A stretch of 64,000 bases of DNA from Longimicrobiales bacterium (GCA_963664435.2 CAXXKM010000003.1:1152001-1216000), one strand, 5' to 3'; positions 36,386-47,307 are shown, numbered from the stretch's first letter. Notes: generated by a model from the sequence alone, not told the origin. Numbers and translations: made by a program.

Positions 36386-36732
36386 TGGGTGCCAATCTCG
36401 CGACCGTAACCACCCCGATCTCACTCGAAGTGTCCGGTTATTCTCACTGGAAGTAGACACTTGATTCTCAGCAAAAGTGGCCACCGGAGCGGAGCGGCGT
36501 TTGGAGTGGTTGGCGGGCCTCCTTGAGGGTGGGTGACAGTGATGGCGTGGTGCGGGCACGGTCGCAAGTCGTGATTGCGGGCATGCCGTTGCTGGCGGAG
36601 CGGAGGTGTGCTTTCCCCATATTCTGTTCCCTGGAGGTGTGCGAACCTCGACGGTCGCAGCCCCTCGACGTGTCAAACTCGTCAAGGAGGCGCGCCAAAC
36701 CGTCTTCCATTAACATCGCGTCGCACCTCCGC

Positions 36733-37554
36733 TCATTCATCCAAGTTGCTCTCGGAGAATTCTAGCTGCTCCTCCTGGGGAATCCAGGAACCGACGTGTC
36801 CGGGTAGTCGCCGTGTCGAGCAGGGTGGGCAGTCGCAGTACCTGCCGCGAGTTGAACCAACGTGGACCAAGCCATGAATGACTCCGTCGTGTACGTCGAA
36901 ATGCTCGATAAGCTGTCGTACCAACCCGTGGTCGCGTCGCTCATACAACAGCCAAGTTGCGTGGGCAATGAAGTCGGCGGCCTGGAGCAATCGTGATTCC
37001 TTCATCGGGGCGAAATATGGAATGTCGGCAAGGTTATTGATCGAACCCCACTGGGTTCCACGGCGCCGAAACTCCCTCACCCAGAGCTTGGCGCGGGCGT
37101 CGAACCGGCCTTCAGAGAAGATCAGCAGCCCGCGTTGCGGATCACCGTGCTCCTGGTAGCGCCTCGTCAGGAAGGTGTCGAAGCGCTTGCAGACCTGTTC
37201 AGTAGCAACCTCGACGGCGCGGTCCGCGTAGAGCTCCGAGTCCTTCTCGATTGCCGCAGCGTAGAGCCTCAACCCGCCGTGGTCGTCGGTCGCGGTGACT
37301 GCGGCAATCACGTCGTCCAGGATTTCCTGTCGCTTTTCCTCGCTGACGCGACGCCAGAATCCTCGACCCGCTCGGATCGCCGATGCGTGAAACGGGATTG
37401 GTGGCCGGTTGGGGAAGTGCTCCTCCTGCACGCGCTCGAGCCGTTCATTCAGGTGGTGGATCTGACGCTCGAAGAGTGCCAAGCCGGCCAGCACGAAATA
37501 GCGATTACTTGGATCGTTCTCGTTCCCCGACTCGTCGAGATAGAGCAGGTACAT
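36733..37554 (-). CDS. DUF3800 family protein
   Basis: MYLLYLDESG N-terminus and LLQAADF C-terminal motif. Confidence 0.85.
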   Translation of the reverse strand: MYLLYLDESGNENDPSNRYFVLAGLALFERQIHHLNERLERVQEEHFPNRPPIPFHASAIRAGRGFWRRVSEEKRQEILDDVIAAVTATDDHGGLRLYAAAIEKDSELYADRAVEVATEQVCKRFDTFLTRRYQEHGDPQRGLLIFSEGRFDARAKLWVREFRRRGTQWGSINNLADIPYFAPMKESRLLQAADFIAHATWLLYERRDHGLVRQLIEHFDVHDGVIHGLVHVGSTRGRYCDCPPCSTRRLPGHVGSWIPQEEQLEFSESNLDE

Positions 37555-38195
37555 GCCCGAACTCCGGTTGACGGGTTGCGGCACCCGGCGGTAAGTTTGC
37601 GGTCATGCGACCGGCGCGGTTGCCTTAGCGACCCGACTGAACGGTTGCCTTGGGGCGGCGGTTCTCTCATGCGGTGAGAGGCCGCCGCCCCTCTTCTTCT
37701 CCAACATGGTGAATCCGTGCCGGGTGGTGAAGCCCGGATCGGATCCCAGCCACCCCGTTCCCCTTCTGGTCCCTGACCTCCGCCGAGAACTGCAAGGTGG
37801 CGGACGGGACGGTTAGCTGGGTCGTGGCTGAGTGGGGATCACAGCTGTCGCCGATGGGTGAAGTTCTTGGCCCAAGGACCTGCCAGGCAGTCCTCGCGCG
37901 CATAGACTTCTGCGGTCGGTTGACCTGCGCGATGCCAGATCGGTTCTGCCGAGGCGGCGGAGCGGTCTGGGAGATGCGCGGATTTCGTAAACAACGAAGT
38001 TCGCAGGTCAGGGGAAGTCGGGAACCGCGTGGTCATCATGGCGTTGACCGAGGGGCTGCCGACCTTTGGGGCGGCTTCGAAGAACCACGGCAGCCTTGCC
38101 GAAGACCGTCTCGTACCGGCCAGCCTCTCGCCGGTGGAGGGCACGGCTCCTTGATTCCGTCGCACCGGTACTCTGTGAGGGGCAGTGTAAACGGT

Positions 38196-38330
38196 CCGCC
38201 AAATGCCCGCCATTTGAACCGATTTTCCCGCCATTTGAGCACGACAGGCCCGGTCACGGCCTCCCGGCAAGAACGGCAGATCGTGCAGTCCTGATTGACT
38301 TTAGACGATTTCTTGCCGAGATTCACGCGA
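38196..38330 (+). repeat. Dispersed att-arm-like repeat, copy 2
   Basis: CCCGCCATTTG twice, then GAGCACGACAGGCCCG...GGCAAGAACGGCAGATCGTGCAGTCCTG...TTAGACGATTTCTTGCCG. Confidence 0.85.
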
Positions 38331-38620
38331 TCTTCGGGACACCTGTGCAGCGTGCGGTCAGTCGGGTGGGGCTGGAGGACATGGGCGTGTCCATGGGATG
38401 CCCCGCGGCGAATGGCACCCCTAGTTGAGGGAAGTCTGACCGGTCGTATGTGCCAGCGGACGGGCATTACCTTTCATCGGATCCTCGGCATCCGCAGCAA
38501 GTGGGCGACCGTTAGGGGAAGGAATCGAATGATGGCGCGAACGAAACGGGTCCGGCACCGTACAAGCACCCCGCCGAGGATGTCCGCGTCCCCGGGCGGC
38601 TGTGAAGCAGGGAATCTCGG

Positions 38621-39403
38621 ATGCGACTCATCAGGGGGTGGGAACGCCGGTACCTCCCGGATGAGATTGGCGGGGTGCGGCTTAGCAAGGCACGGCGGTA
38701 CAGAGAAATTGGCGAAGAGGACGGGATAGGAGACAGCAGGGAAGGCGAGATTCGGGTGAGAGTGCCTGTCAACGTATCGGTGGGCGAAGCCGTCTCTGAA
38801 CCGAGGCCGGAGGACGCGACTGACGGCGACGGGACCGAGCACGGCGAACAGCATCTGGAACCGTCGGACACGGACGACGATTTGCTCGTCGAGCTGAGAT
38901 CGCAAGACGGCGGAGAGTGGGAGGGAGTTCAGCACCTCAGGGTTGACGACGGCAATCTCGATAGCCCGTTTCTCTTCTGTCTGTCGCGCGAGCCGACTAC
39001 GCGGGCCGACTGGATGAGAATGCGAGAGGCGCTACCGGAGCGGTACGACGTCTGGACCGTAACGGACGACGTTCACCGGCTGAAGTTTGAAATCGAGTGT
39101 GGGCTGAAACGATGGATGGGGATGAACGAGATCACGGAGCACGAAATACGAACGCGCAGGGGGTTCGTGTCCTACCCATACGACTCAGTGCCCCTGAGCC
39201 GTGAGCTTCGCGAAGTGGCTGAGGAAGAAGTGCATCGAATGACTAGGTGGTTCAGGAAGAGAAGGAAGTACAGGGATCAGGAGGAGTACCGGCTCGCGTG
39301 GCTTCTGAGAAGCCCGCAATGGGGCAGAATGCCCGATTGTATCGACATCGAGTTGACTAGAACGGGAATCGGCTTGTTCCAACCGTGGACGCCGCCCAAG
39401 TAG
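38621..39403 (+). CDS. Hypothetical protein
   Basis: 260-aa ORF with FLFCLS and FRKRRKYRDQEEYRL motifs, loosely DUF2971-like. Confidence 0.6.
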   Translation: MRLIRGWERRYLPDEIGGVRLSKARRYREIGEEDGIGDSREGEIRVRVPVNVSVGEAVSEPRPEDATDGDGTEHGEQHLEPSDTDDDLLVELRSQDGGEWEGVQHLRVDDGNLDSPFLFCLSREPTTRADWMRMREALPERYDVWTVTDDVHRLKFEIECGLKRWMGMNEITEHEIRTRRGFVSYPYDSVPLSRELREVAEEEVHRMTRWFRKRRKYRDQEEYRLAWLLRSPQWGRMPDCIDIELTRTGIGLFQPWTPPK

Positions 39404-39750
39404 CGACACCGACTCCTCAGCAGCGAAGGACCAGGGGGTGCTCACCGGGCGATCTGCCTAGAAGCCGTCTCCACACGACATCCGGTCTTGCCACCACATC
39501 CGCAGTGCCGTCGAGGTCGAAGTCCGCGAAACCGTCATCCAGGGGCCGAGCAGGCTGTCCCTCCAGCGTTCTTCAGTACCCATTCGCTCCGGAACGCGGG
39601 CGGATGCGCAACGAATCGAGCAAAGGGGTTATCTTGCGGCCACCCGGTCATCCTTGGCGGGGGGCGGGCCAAGGGAAGGACACCCAACCGGATGGAAAGG
39701 GACCGAGCCGGAGCGTGAGCATGGAACCGAAAGGGGCGGAGGACTACCGC

Positions 39751-40890
39751 ATGGTGGCCTTCAAGAAGCGCCTCCAATTGCCGGATCGCGGTCCGGACGA
39801 CGCGCAGGTCGGACCGGCTCGGATGGTCGATATTGAAGGACGCTGTGCAGACTGCTGGGGTCCAATCGTCGGAGCAATCGACGCGAACGGGAGTTGGATC
39901 GGCATAGCGTGTCGGATGTGTGGACGGAGCGTTGACGCGGACGAAGCCGAGCAGGAAGAGAATAGGATGTTGCGCGAGGCGGAGCGCAACATGCCGAGGG
40001 TGCGCGTCGGTAGGGGAGCCGAGTACGACGAGAAGGCGAGATTCGTGCTGAAGATCCTGCCGGACATGGACAGGGAAAGGGCCGAGTTCGGCGACCGTGT
40101 TGAGAACGCCAAGCGGAAAGCTCACCAGAAGTCACGAGGGGGACCGTTGACTCGGCGGGACTTTCCCGAGGGCACACCTGGCCATCTGTACTTGCAGGCT
40201 TGCGCGCTGGTGTCCGCGCTTGGTGTCCTTCCCCGCGACATGTCGGCAATCTCACTCTCGGACTTCGACTTCGAGAATCCGGCCAGCGATGCTAGTGAGC
40301 CGAGGGTGGATGCGGGTGGTCGCGTGCAGAGGTCGGTCCAGATCCCCAGAAAACAGTCTAGCATCGGACAGCTGGTGCAACGGATGGGCACGGCCCTCGT
40401 CGCCGGATTCGCGGCGGCGTTCGCGTGTGAGGTCGGCATGAAGGCACTTCTCCTGACGCGCCTTGACGAGGCGGCGAGGACGCACGATCTGCTAAGGCTC
40501 TACGAATCGCTTCCAGCGGACTGCCGGGAGAGGCTCCAAGCAGACTTCGGCGAAATCGTCGACGTCATGGCCGAATACCGGCACGCCTTCGGGAAGTGGC
40601 GGTACTTTGATTCGACCGCTGGCCAGAAGGCGATTTCGGCGCTTGTGGACGTGGACCGGACATGGGGACTCGGAAGAGCGGCACGGGTGATCGTTGACGA
40701 GGGAGTGATCGCCGGTTTGCAGTACGACATCGAATTGAAATACGAGCTTGATGTCCAAGCCAATCCTCATGTGGATGAGGACGGCAATGTCACGATTCGC
40801 CGAGACGACGTGACCGCTGCGACGAGGGTCGCGCTGGGAATAGGTGGGCACGAAGCTGCGATCCCTTGGGACGCGATCTTGTCGATCTGA
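39751..40890 (+). CDS. Zn-ribbon plus HEPN-like domain protein
   Basis: CADC...CRMC; AFACEVGMKALL...THDLLRLYESL...WRY; GGAGGA RBS. Confidence 0.6.
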   Translation: MVAFKKRLQLPDRGPDDAQVGPARMVDIEGRCADCWGPIVGAIDANGSWIGIACRMCGRSVDADEAEQEENRMLREAERNMPRVRVGRGAEYDEKARFVLKILPDMDRERAEFGDRVENAKRKAHQKSRGGPLTRRDFPEGTPGHLYLQACALVSALGVLPRDMSAISLSDFDFENPASDASEPRVDAGGRVQRSVQIPRKQSSIGQLVQRMGTALVAGFAAAFACEVGMKALLLTRLDEAARTHDLLRLYESLPADCRERLQADFGEIVDVMAEYRHAFGKWRYFDSTAGQKAISALVDVDRTWGLGRAARVIVDEGVIAGLQYDIELKYELDVQANPHVDEDGNVTIRRDDVTAATRVALGIGGHEAAIPWDAILSI

Positions 40891-41134
40891 TCGAGACCAG
40901 TGCGAAGGCGACCGCGGCTTCGGAAGCCGTCCACCGGATCGGCACCGAGTTTCCGAAGACTGGAGGTGGACTGCTCGTCAGGAGGTCCGGTCACTGCTCG
41001 TATCCCGTGGAACAGGGCCAAATGCTTCGAAGGCACCGAACGGCCCTTGGCGACGGTGGTTTGTGGGTCACGTCCGGCAGGCCGATTGAACCGGGCTCAG
41101 GACCACGGTCCACCATGGCGGTGGATTCGATGCG

Positions 41135-41215
41135 AGCCGGCGTCATGGACCGACGGCAAGAAGGCAGATCGTTCAGCCCCAGTTGCACTTAGACGATTTG
41201 CTACCCCGAATCGCG
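41135..41215 (+). repeat. Dispersed att-arm-like repeat, copy 3 (degenerate, partial)
   Basis: ACGGCAAGAAGGCAGATCGTTCAGCCCCAGTTGCACTTAGACGATTT. Confidence 0.7.
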
Positions 41216-41373
41216 TCACCGGGGCGGTCGCCGCAGGACATCGTCGGACCAAGCAGCGGCGGAGGGAACTTGGGTCGACACCTGTTGCCTGGCGCCAGCC
41301 TATCGTTTCCATTGGTTGCGGCAGTAATCCCAGTCGAACCGACCCTCCCGGAGAGGTGTTGCCTCAATCACGT

Positions 41374-43548
41374 ATGTCTAGTTCGCCCGATCCGTCCAAG
41401 TCCGCCGATGGCCAACACGTAACGGAGCGTACCGAGGGAGAGCTCACGTTCACCGTCGACTCACGGCTGCTCGAGGAGCTTGGAGAGCGACTCGTGGGCA
41501 AGCCCTCGATGGCGTTGGCTGAACTCGTGAAGAACTCCTACGACGCCGATGCCGAGACGGTGCGGATAGCACTGGACCCATACGAACCCGGCCGCATCCT
41601 GATCGAGGACGACGGACACGGGATGACGACGGAGGAATTCGAAAGGTACTGGATGAGGGTCGGGTCTCAGCATAAGCGAGATCAGAAACGGTCCAGGAAG
41701 TTCCGCCGGCCCTTCACCGGCTCAAAGGGCATTGGGCGCATCGCCACCCAGATGCTCTCGAAGAGTCTGCGGCTCATATCGGTCAACGAAGCTACTCCGA
41801 CACGGCGCATCCTGGCCCACCTGGAGTGGGCCACGGCCATCGCGACCGGGGAACTGGTCAACGTTGTCGTGGGAATCACGCACGAACGGCTCAGCCATCC
41901 TCAGGATCACGGTACTACGATCATCCTCGAAGGTCTCCATCACGAATGGTCGGAGGCCACCCTTCGTGATTTGGCTGCAGAGATCTGGCAGCTCCAGTCA
42001 CCGTTCGGACGGCTCGTAGACGACGCCGAGGAAGCAGGCGGTGACTTCGATGTTCGATTGTCTGGCGTGGAAGAGTCACATGAAACTGCGTTCCGAGAAC
42101 AAATGTCGGCAATCCTTGGTCTTTGGACGGCGAGAGCCGTGGGGGAGGTACGCGACGGAGAATTCGCGATGTCCCTCCAATTCAGGGGTGAAGAACCGAT
42201 CACTTTCCCGCCAGCAAGAAAGGTCTCTGTGAACCAAGCGCACTTCGAGCTGCGCTTCTACGAGTTGGCGGGACGGCAACCGTTGGGGATACGCGTGCAG
42301 GATGCTCGCGATTATCTCAGGGAATACGGCGGCGTACACATATATGACACCGGCTTCCGCCTGCCATTCTATGGCGAAAAGGACAACGATTGGCTCCTAA
42401 TCAGCTACGACATGTCTCGCCGAGTAACCCTGTCTGAGCTTCTCCCGTCGGAAATAAAGCAGATCAAACGCGGTATGCTCTCATTGCCCCAGTGGAACCA
42501 GGTGCTCGGTGCTGTAGAGATCAACACCGCTGTCGAACCCCAGTTGGAAGTCACCATTACACGAGACCGGCTAGTTGCGACGGGCGCGTTCCGGGAGCTC
42601 AGAGATTCGGTCCGCCAAGCCATTCATTGGTACGCAAATGAAAAGGCGCGGCGTCGGCTGGCGGACGAGCTTGCCGCGGGCCCGCTACCTGTGGCGATCC
42701 CTTCCGGCGATTTCCACGAGGCCCTAGACAAAGCTCGTCCACACTTGTCGGTGGATATCGCTGCAGACCTCGAGGATGCATACACGGAGAGCATTGAAGC
42801 TGGTAGGCGCGTAACCGAGGAGGCGGAGAGACGGGCGTCAGCGTTAGGTGCGTTCGCAACCGCTGGCATTGCCGCCATTGGCTACCAGCATGAACTCGGC
42901 AGGCAGCTTCTTCTGATCGAACACCTTGCAGAGGTTCTGCCCCAAGCCGGTGGTGATGACGCGGACGTAATGAGCGAACTCGTCGGATTTCAGCGCAAGT
43001 TGCGCCAGATCGTGAAGAGGACTCGCGAGATCGGTATGCTCTTTTCGCATCTTGTCGACCATGAGAACGTCGAGGAGGTGAGGACTTTTTCGGCCAATAG
43101 GACAGTGGAGGGTATCGTACAGCAAGTCGCCTCCATTCAGCCGGAAGTAGTGTTCGATCTCTCGGGGATCGACCCCAACCTTCGTCTCCCTCCAGCGGCG
43201 TATGCTGAGTGGGTGTCGATCTTCCAGAATGCTCTTTTCAACTCGCTCAATGCGCTAGTCGACTCTGAGGAACGAGCAATCGTGGTTAGGAGCGAAGTCG
43301 CAGGCAATCTCCGACGGATCGTGATTGAGGACACAGGCAGCGGAATCGACCTTGAAGAGAGTGAGATGCTGTTCGAGCCATTCAAGCGCGGGATCACGAT
43401 CAGCAGCGAACGACGAGAGTTAGGTTTCGGTGGGTCGGGCCTGGGGTTGACGATCATGCGAATCTTGGCCGGACGTCGGGGTGTACGGGTTGGCTTCGAG
43501 TCTCCATCTTTCGGGTTTGCGACAGCACTCGTGCTGGAATGGTCGTAG
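41374..43548 (+). CDS. GHKL (MORC/HATPase_c_3-like) ATPase fused to a histidine-kinase module
   Basis: ELVKNSYDADA, DDGHGM, GSKGIGR; C-terminal QHEL, NSLNAL, DTGSGI, FEPF, GSGLGL. Confidence 0.85.
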   Translation: MSSSPDPSKSADGQHVTERTEGELTFTVDSRLLEELGERLVGKPSMALAELVKNSYDADAETVRIALDPYEPGRILIEDDGHGMTTEEFERYWMRVGSQHKRDQKRSRKFRRPFTGSKGIGRIATQMLSKSLRLISVNEATPTRRILAHLEWATAIATGELVNVVVGITHERLSHPQDHGTTIILEGLHHEWSEATLRDLAAEIWQLQSPFGRLVDDAEEAGGDFDVRLSGVEESHETAFREQMSAILGLWTARAVGEVRDGEFAMSLQFRGEEPITFPPARKVSVNQAHFELRFYELAGRQPLGIRVQDARDYLREYGGVHIYDTGFRLPFYGEKDNDWLLISYDMSRRVTLSELLPSEIKQIKRGMLSLPQWNQVLGAVEINTAVEPQLEVTITRDRLVATGAFRELRDSVRQAIHWYANEKARRRLADELAAGPLPVAIPSGDFHEALDKARPHLSVDIAADLEDAYTESIEAGRRVTEEAERRASALGAFATAGIAAIGYQHELGRQLLLIEHLAEVLPQAGGDDADVMSELVGFQRKLRQIVKRTREIGMLFSHLVDHENVEEVRTFSANRTVEGIVQQVASIQPEVVFDLSGIDPNLRLPPAAYAEWVSIFQNALFNSLNALVDSEERAIVVRSEVAGNLRRIVIEDTGSGIDLEESEMLFEPFKRGITISSERRELGFGGSGLGLTIMRILAGRRGVRVGFESPSFGFATALVLEWS

Positions 43549-43559
43549 GAGGCAGAAGG

Positions 43560-44729
43560 ATGCTACACATCTTGGTCGTTGACGATAATGCCGACTTGGT
43601 TGACGCGATGCGGACGAAGGTTGAGAGCGCTGTTAGAAGTCGGGCCAACGTCACCACCCTCACTGGAGCTGTCCTCAAAAAGGCGATTCGTCAACTCCGG
43701 CGGAGGGAAAGCAATTGGGACGCCAAGGATCGCTGGAGGCCACGGAAATACAACGCCCACTTCGATTCAGCAGACATCCTGGTCCTTGACTACCGGCTTG
43801 CGGATCTCTATGGGCCGGATGGATACATGACCGGAGAGGACCTGGCTGCACTGGCTCGGCGCTATTCGACGGCGGGGCCAATTGTGTCGGTGAATCGGTT
43901 TGGCGAGCAGAGCTTCGACTTGCGGCTCCGTCCCGAAACGCAGACATGGGCGGAGGTAAGCGTTGCGCACGAAGACCTTCGGAACCCACGTCTTTGGTCA
44001 GCTGGCGCGGACGGGCCGTACCGTCCTTGGGGATGGTCTTCGCTTGATCATCTTCCCGAATTGTTCGACCGACGCATGAAGCATGCTCTGAGGCATTTCG
44101 ACAGTTCGGTTGCCAAGTCGCTCGGTATCTCACAGACGCAGTTGGATCTCATGCCGCGGAAGATCAGCGAGTCCCTAGGAGATGATCCGTTCCGCATCAC
44201 ATTCAGGGAAGTCGCGCTGCAGCGGGCGTTTCCGTCCGATAATGTGCCGAAGCCCTCGCGACCACAAATGGCGAGGGTGGCTGCAGCGGAAGTAGGGAAG
44301 TGGTTATCCCATAGCGTGTTGCCCGGGCAGGAAATCCTAATCGACGCGCCGCATCTTGCGACGCAGTACCCGAGCTTGGTGAAGGGTCGACGGACGCAGG
44401 CGCGGCTCAACCAACTAGCCCGGATGACTCCGAGCGCTGATCTCCCCCTGGACACGACGCGTATCAAGGGCGCCCGACTTCGACCTGGCTTCTGGCTTGA
44501 CCGGCCAGCTTGGTGGACGGAGGCCGTACTCGAGAATCGAGAGCTTCCTGAGAACCGAAGGCCGTGGGAAAGAACACCGCTGGCCTACCGATTTGCAGAA
44601 GATACTTCGCAGTTCCATACACCAGCCGAATGTCGGACTTTCCAAGCCGTTGGGATGTTTGGCAAGCGCTACGTATGCGTACCAAATGACACTATCACAT
44701 ATAAGCCCGCCAATCGACTGCTCGGTTAA
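43560..44729 (+). CDS. Receiver-domain protein with unrecognised C-terminal domain
   Basis: HILVVDD...DILVLDYRL...TG receiver pattern; follows the kinase gene. Confidence 0.72.
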   Translation: MLHILVVDDNADLVDAMRTKVESAVRSRANVTTLTGAVLKKAIRQLRRRESNWDAKDRWRPRKYNAHFDSADILVLDYRLADLYGPDGYMTGEDLAALARRYSTAGPIVSVNRFGEQSFDLRLRPETQTWAEVSVAHEDLRNPRLWSAGADGPYRPWGWSSLDHLPELFDRRMKHALRHFDSSVAKSLGISQTQLDLMPRKISESLGDDPFRITFREVALQRAFPSDNVPKPSRPQMARVAAAEVGKWLSHSVLPGQEILIDAPHLATQYPSLVKGRRTQARLNQLARMTPSADLPLDTTRIKGARLRPGFWLDRPAWWTEAVLENRELPENRRPWERTPLAYRFAEDTSQFHTPAECRTFQAVGMFGKRYVCVPNDTITYKPANRLLG

Positions 44730-44731
44730 GA

Positions 44732-45412
44732 GTGCAAACTGTGAATAGCGACTATATGAGACTCCGCGCGGCGCTGTTGGTAATTGCCGCTGTCTCGGAC
44801 CGAGAATGGCGAAGTAAGGAGCAATATCCACTCCGTGGTCCTTTCACGCATTTAGATCGCGAGTTGCTGGAAAAGCAGTTGCCGGAGACCGACCATACGA
44901 TAAAAATTCCGCTTCCGACGATAACTAATCGCTTGTTCCTTCTCCCACCAACTGGCGACTCAGTGTGTGCTCTTCTCGCTGTCAACTGGGAGTTTGCTTC
45001 GGACGACGAGGGATCCGACCGGCTCAAGGAACAGCGGAATCCAGATGACACAAGATATATCAGTCGTGCCTTTAGGGTATTCCTAATGCCGACCGATTCG
45101 GCCACAGACGTAGCACCCACGGTCTTCCGTTTTGATGAGAAAGAGGACGACGACTGGTGCTTCGCCCACGCGCAACTCTGCGACAGAGTGACACCGTATG
45201 GTGGTTATTTTGACGATACGGCTTCAACGGACTGGCTTTCAGCGAGGCTGCCGCGCATTCCATTGGCAGCTACTCAGAGACCGGCGCCAATCTTTGTATG
45301 TTTGCTTGCCAGTCTCTATGGGATCGATAACCGACTCTTGCGCAGGGTCCTACAAGCGCTGGCCGACAGAGAATCGCACGGTGTCGCGCAGAAACTCAGT
45401 TGTGGGAAATGA
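44732..45412 (+). CDS. Hypothetical protein, third gene of the kinase operon
   Basis: FRFD...HAQL...PRIPL pattern, loosely DUF2290-like. Confidence 0.55.
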   Translation: MQTVNSDYMRLRAALLVIAAVSDREWRSKEQYPLRGPFTHLDRELLEKQLPETDHTIKIPLPTITNRLFLLPPTGDSVCALLAVNWEFASDDEGSDRLKEQRNPDDTRYISRAFRVFLMPTDSATDVAPTVFRFDEKEDDDWCFAHAQLCDRVTPYGGYFDDTASTDWLSARLPRIPLAATQRPAPIFVCLLASLYGIDNRLLRRVLQALADRESHGVAQKLSCGK

Positions 45413-45660
45413 CGGCGGCGTCAGCGAACGGAATCTACGCAGCTATCGTACTGCTTCCACAAAGTCGATTCCGTCCGAGGGAAGGACGGCCGTCAACGGG
45501 AACGGCGGGCGGTGCCGGTCGCTGTTGTCCGCGCGGCGACAACGAGAACGCGACAGTGCGCCTCGGATAGACAGGCCAGACAGCCGAAACGAAGAGATGG
45601 ATCTCTCCTGGTGTTTTCCGGCGGGAAAGGGGAACTGTAAGCCTAACGATGGCCGTTATC

Positions 45661-47307
45661 TCACCGGGACGGTCGACGCCACTCAATGAGCTTGGAGCGG
45701 GCGCGTTGGAGCATGTCAATCTCTTGCTTCCCAAGGCCAAGTCCGGCCCGTAGAACCCGTTCGTCTGCAAGTCGCCTGGCTTCCTCTTCCTCACCTCTCC
45801 GAAGCAAGACATCTAGGTCGTGGAACCTATCTTCCGAACCTGCTACTATCGGTACGGGGGTCCGCTTCAGAGTGCCCGGCTCGATCTTCAATACTCCCCC
45901 GCCGTAGCGCCGCCCCGCGAGCTCCGCCCACGCCGCGACCGCGCTCGTGAGAAAGCCGACCGCCACGGCTTCCGGTGTAACTTTCACGTCGTTTCGCCAG
46001 GTGAGGCTGTGGACGGCATTGGTGTTCAGGCATTCTCCCCGGTTGAGGACCAGTAGCGGTGAACCGGCTCGTGCACAGGTGGCGAACGCGTTGGGCGGTG
46101 ACGGGATATCAACACGAAACCACTCCTTTCGGATGGTGCATTTGTGGCGTTCTTCGATACCCATGTCACGGCCTTCCTGAATCCACGGTTCGACGCGGCG
46201 ATCCTCGCTGGCACCTTCTGGGCGCACAAGTAACGCGGCGAATCCGGCATCCAAGAACGTGTCGTGGTCTTCTTCTGTGTACTCCAGGCCCTTCAGCCAT
46301 CTTGTTCGAGGCACGATGCGATGGCGAACACCTTGCGGCAATCCTAAGGCATCCAAGTCGGTGGCGGAGCGGATGAAATGGCGGTTGGCCCCGGTGACTA
46401 CACCGATTCTTATGTCCGCGACGTCACTCAGGCGTCTCACCGCACAACTTTCGTCGAGTCGGCCGAGGACCGAGACGACGGCCGCACCGATCTTGCCAAA
46501 CGCAGTTGGAAAGCGATAGGAGAGTTGGCTTTCGTCGGAATCGGGATGCTCCAGGACCGACTGGAGTTCCTCAACAGAGTCCACCGTCGACGTTAGGACA
46601 TCTCCGCTTTCGCCAAACCCGGAGCACGCCACTGCAACCACTGCCTCGTCCGTCCCCGCAAACATGCGGTCTCGGACGTACACCAGGAGAGTCCTCCTGA
46701 ATCTACTCGCTAGTGCTTGTCTCAGCGGTGCGCCGTAGTTCGTTTGGAGGATGGCTTCCGGGACCAACATGGCAAGCCGACCTCCGAGGGAAAGGAATCT
46801 GAGAGCGTGAAGGAGGAAATACGCCCATAGGCTGGCGGTTGCAGGGAGCGGAATCGTCGAGTCGGCCGCTGCAGCGCGGGCGGACTCCAATTGGTCGCCC
46901 TTGATCCAGTGGTGCCGGACGTACGGTGGGTTACCGACAATGGCCGCGTACGGGGCGCCAGGAAGATCGGTTGGCGACGCCTTCAAGAAGTCGCCTTGGT
47001 AGCAGTTGGCCTCGACCAACCGCTCGCTGCGCCGAACGGTGTCGACGCAATGCGGATCGATCTCGACGCCGTATACTCGCTGCCCTGCCTTCGAAGCATC
47101 CAGCTCCGAGAGGATCCGCACAGCTGCCTCTAGGAAGGCGCAACCCCCATAGCTTGGGTCAAGTACCGGCCCGCGCCCGTCGGCCAAGGCCCATCTCACC
47201 ATCACGGACGCCAAGTCATCGGGAGTGTAGTAGACGCCGAAGAGGCGTCGGGGACTGATGTCGTCCCCGTCCCGGGATTCGCGAGATGAGAGGGGGGCCG
47301 TGCCCAT
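45661..47307 (-). CDS. N6-adenine DNA methyltransferase (gamma class)
   Basis: GVYYTP, VLDPSYGGCAFL, GVEID, IVGNPPY, GRRYGGGVLKIEP. Confidence 0.9.
   Translation of the reverse strand: MGTAPLSSRESRDGDDISPRRLFGVYYTPDDLASVMVRWALADGRGPVLDPSYGGCAFLEAAVRILSELDASKAGQRVYGVEIDPHCVDTVRRSERLVEANCYQGDFLKASPTDLPGAPYAAIVGNPPYVRHHWIKGDQLESARAAAADSTIPLPATASLWAYFLLHALRFLSLGGRLAMLVPEAILQTNYGAPLRQALASRFRRTLLVYVRDRMFAGTDEAVVAVACSGFGESGDVLTSTVDSVEELQSVLEHPDSDESQLSYRFPTAFGKIGAAVVSVLGRLDESCAVRRLSDVADIRIGVVTGANRHFIRSATDLDALGLPQGVRHRIVPRTRWLKGLEYTEEDHDTFLDAGFAALLVRPEGASEDRRVEPWIQEGRDMGIEERHKCTIRKEWFRVDIPSPPNAFATCARAGSPLLVLNRGECLNTNAVHSLTWRNDVKVTPEAVAVGFLTSAVAAWAELAGRRYGGGVLKIEPGTLKRTPVPIVAGSEDRFHDLDVLLRRGEEEEARRLADERVLRAGLGLGKQEIDMLQRARSKLIEWRRPSR

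Noticed and set aside
36425..36480. AAGTGTC...GACACTT inverted motif resembling IS ends
   Set aside because: Too short, with no adjacent transposase or target duplication.
37690..37830. Ig-like fragment (LQFSAEVRDQKGNGVAG)
   Set aside because: Short isolated remnant without a credible start; not called as a gene.
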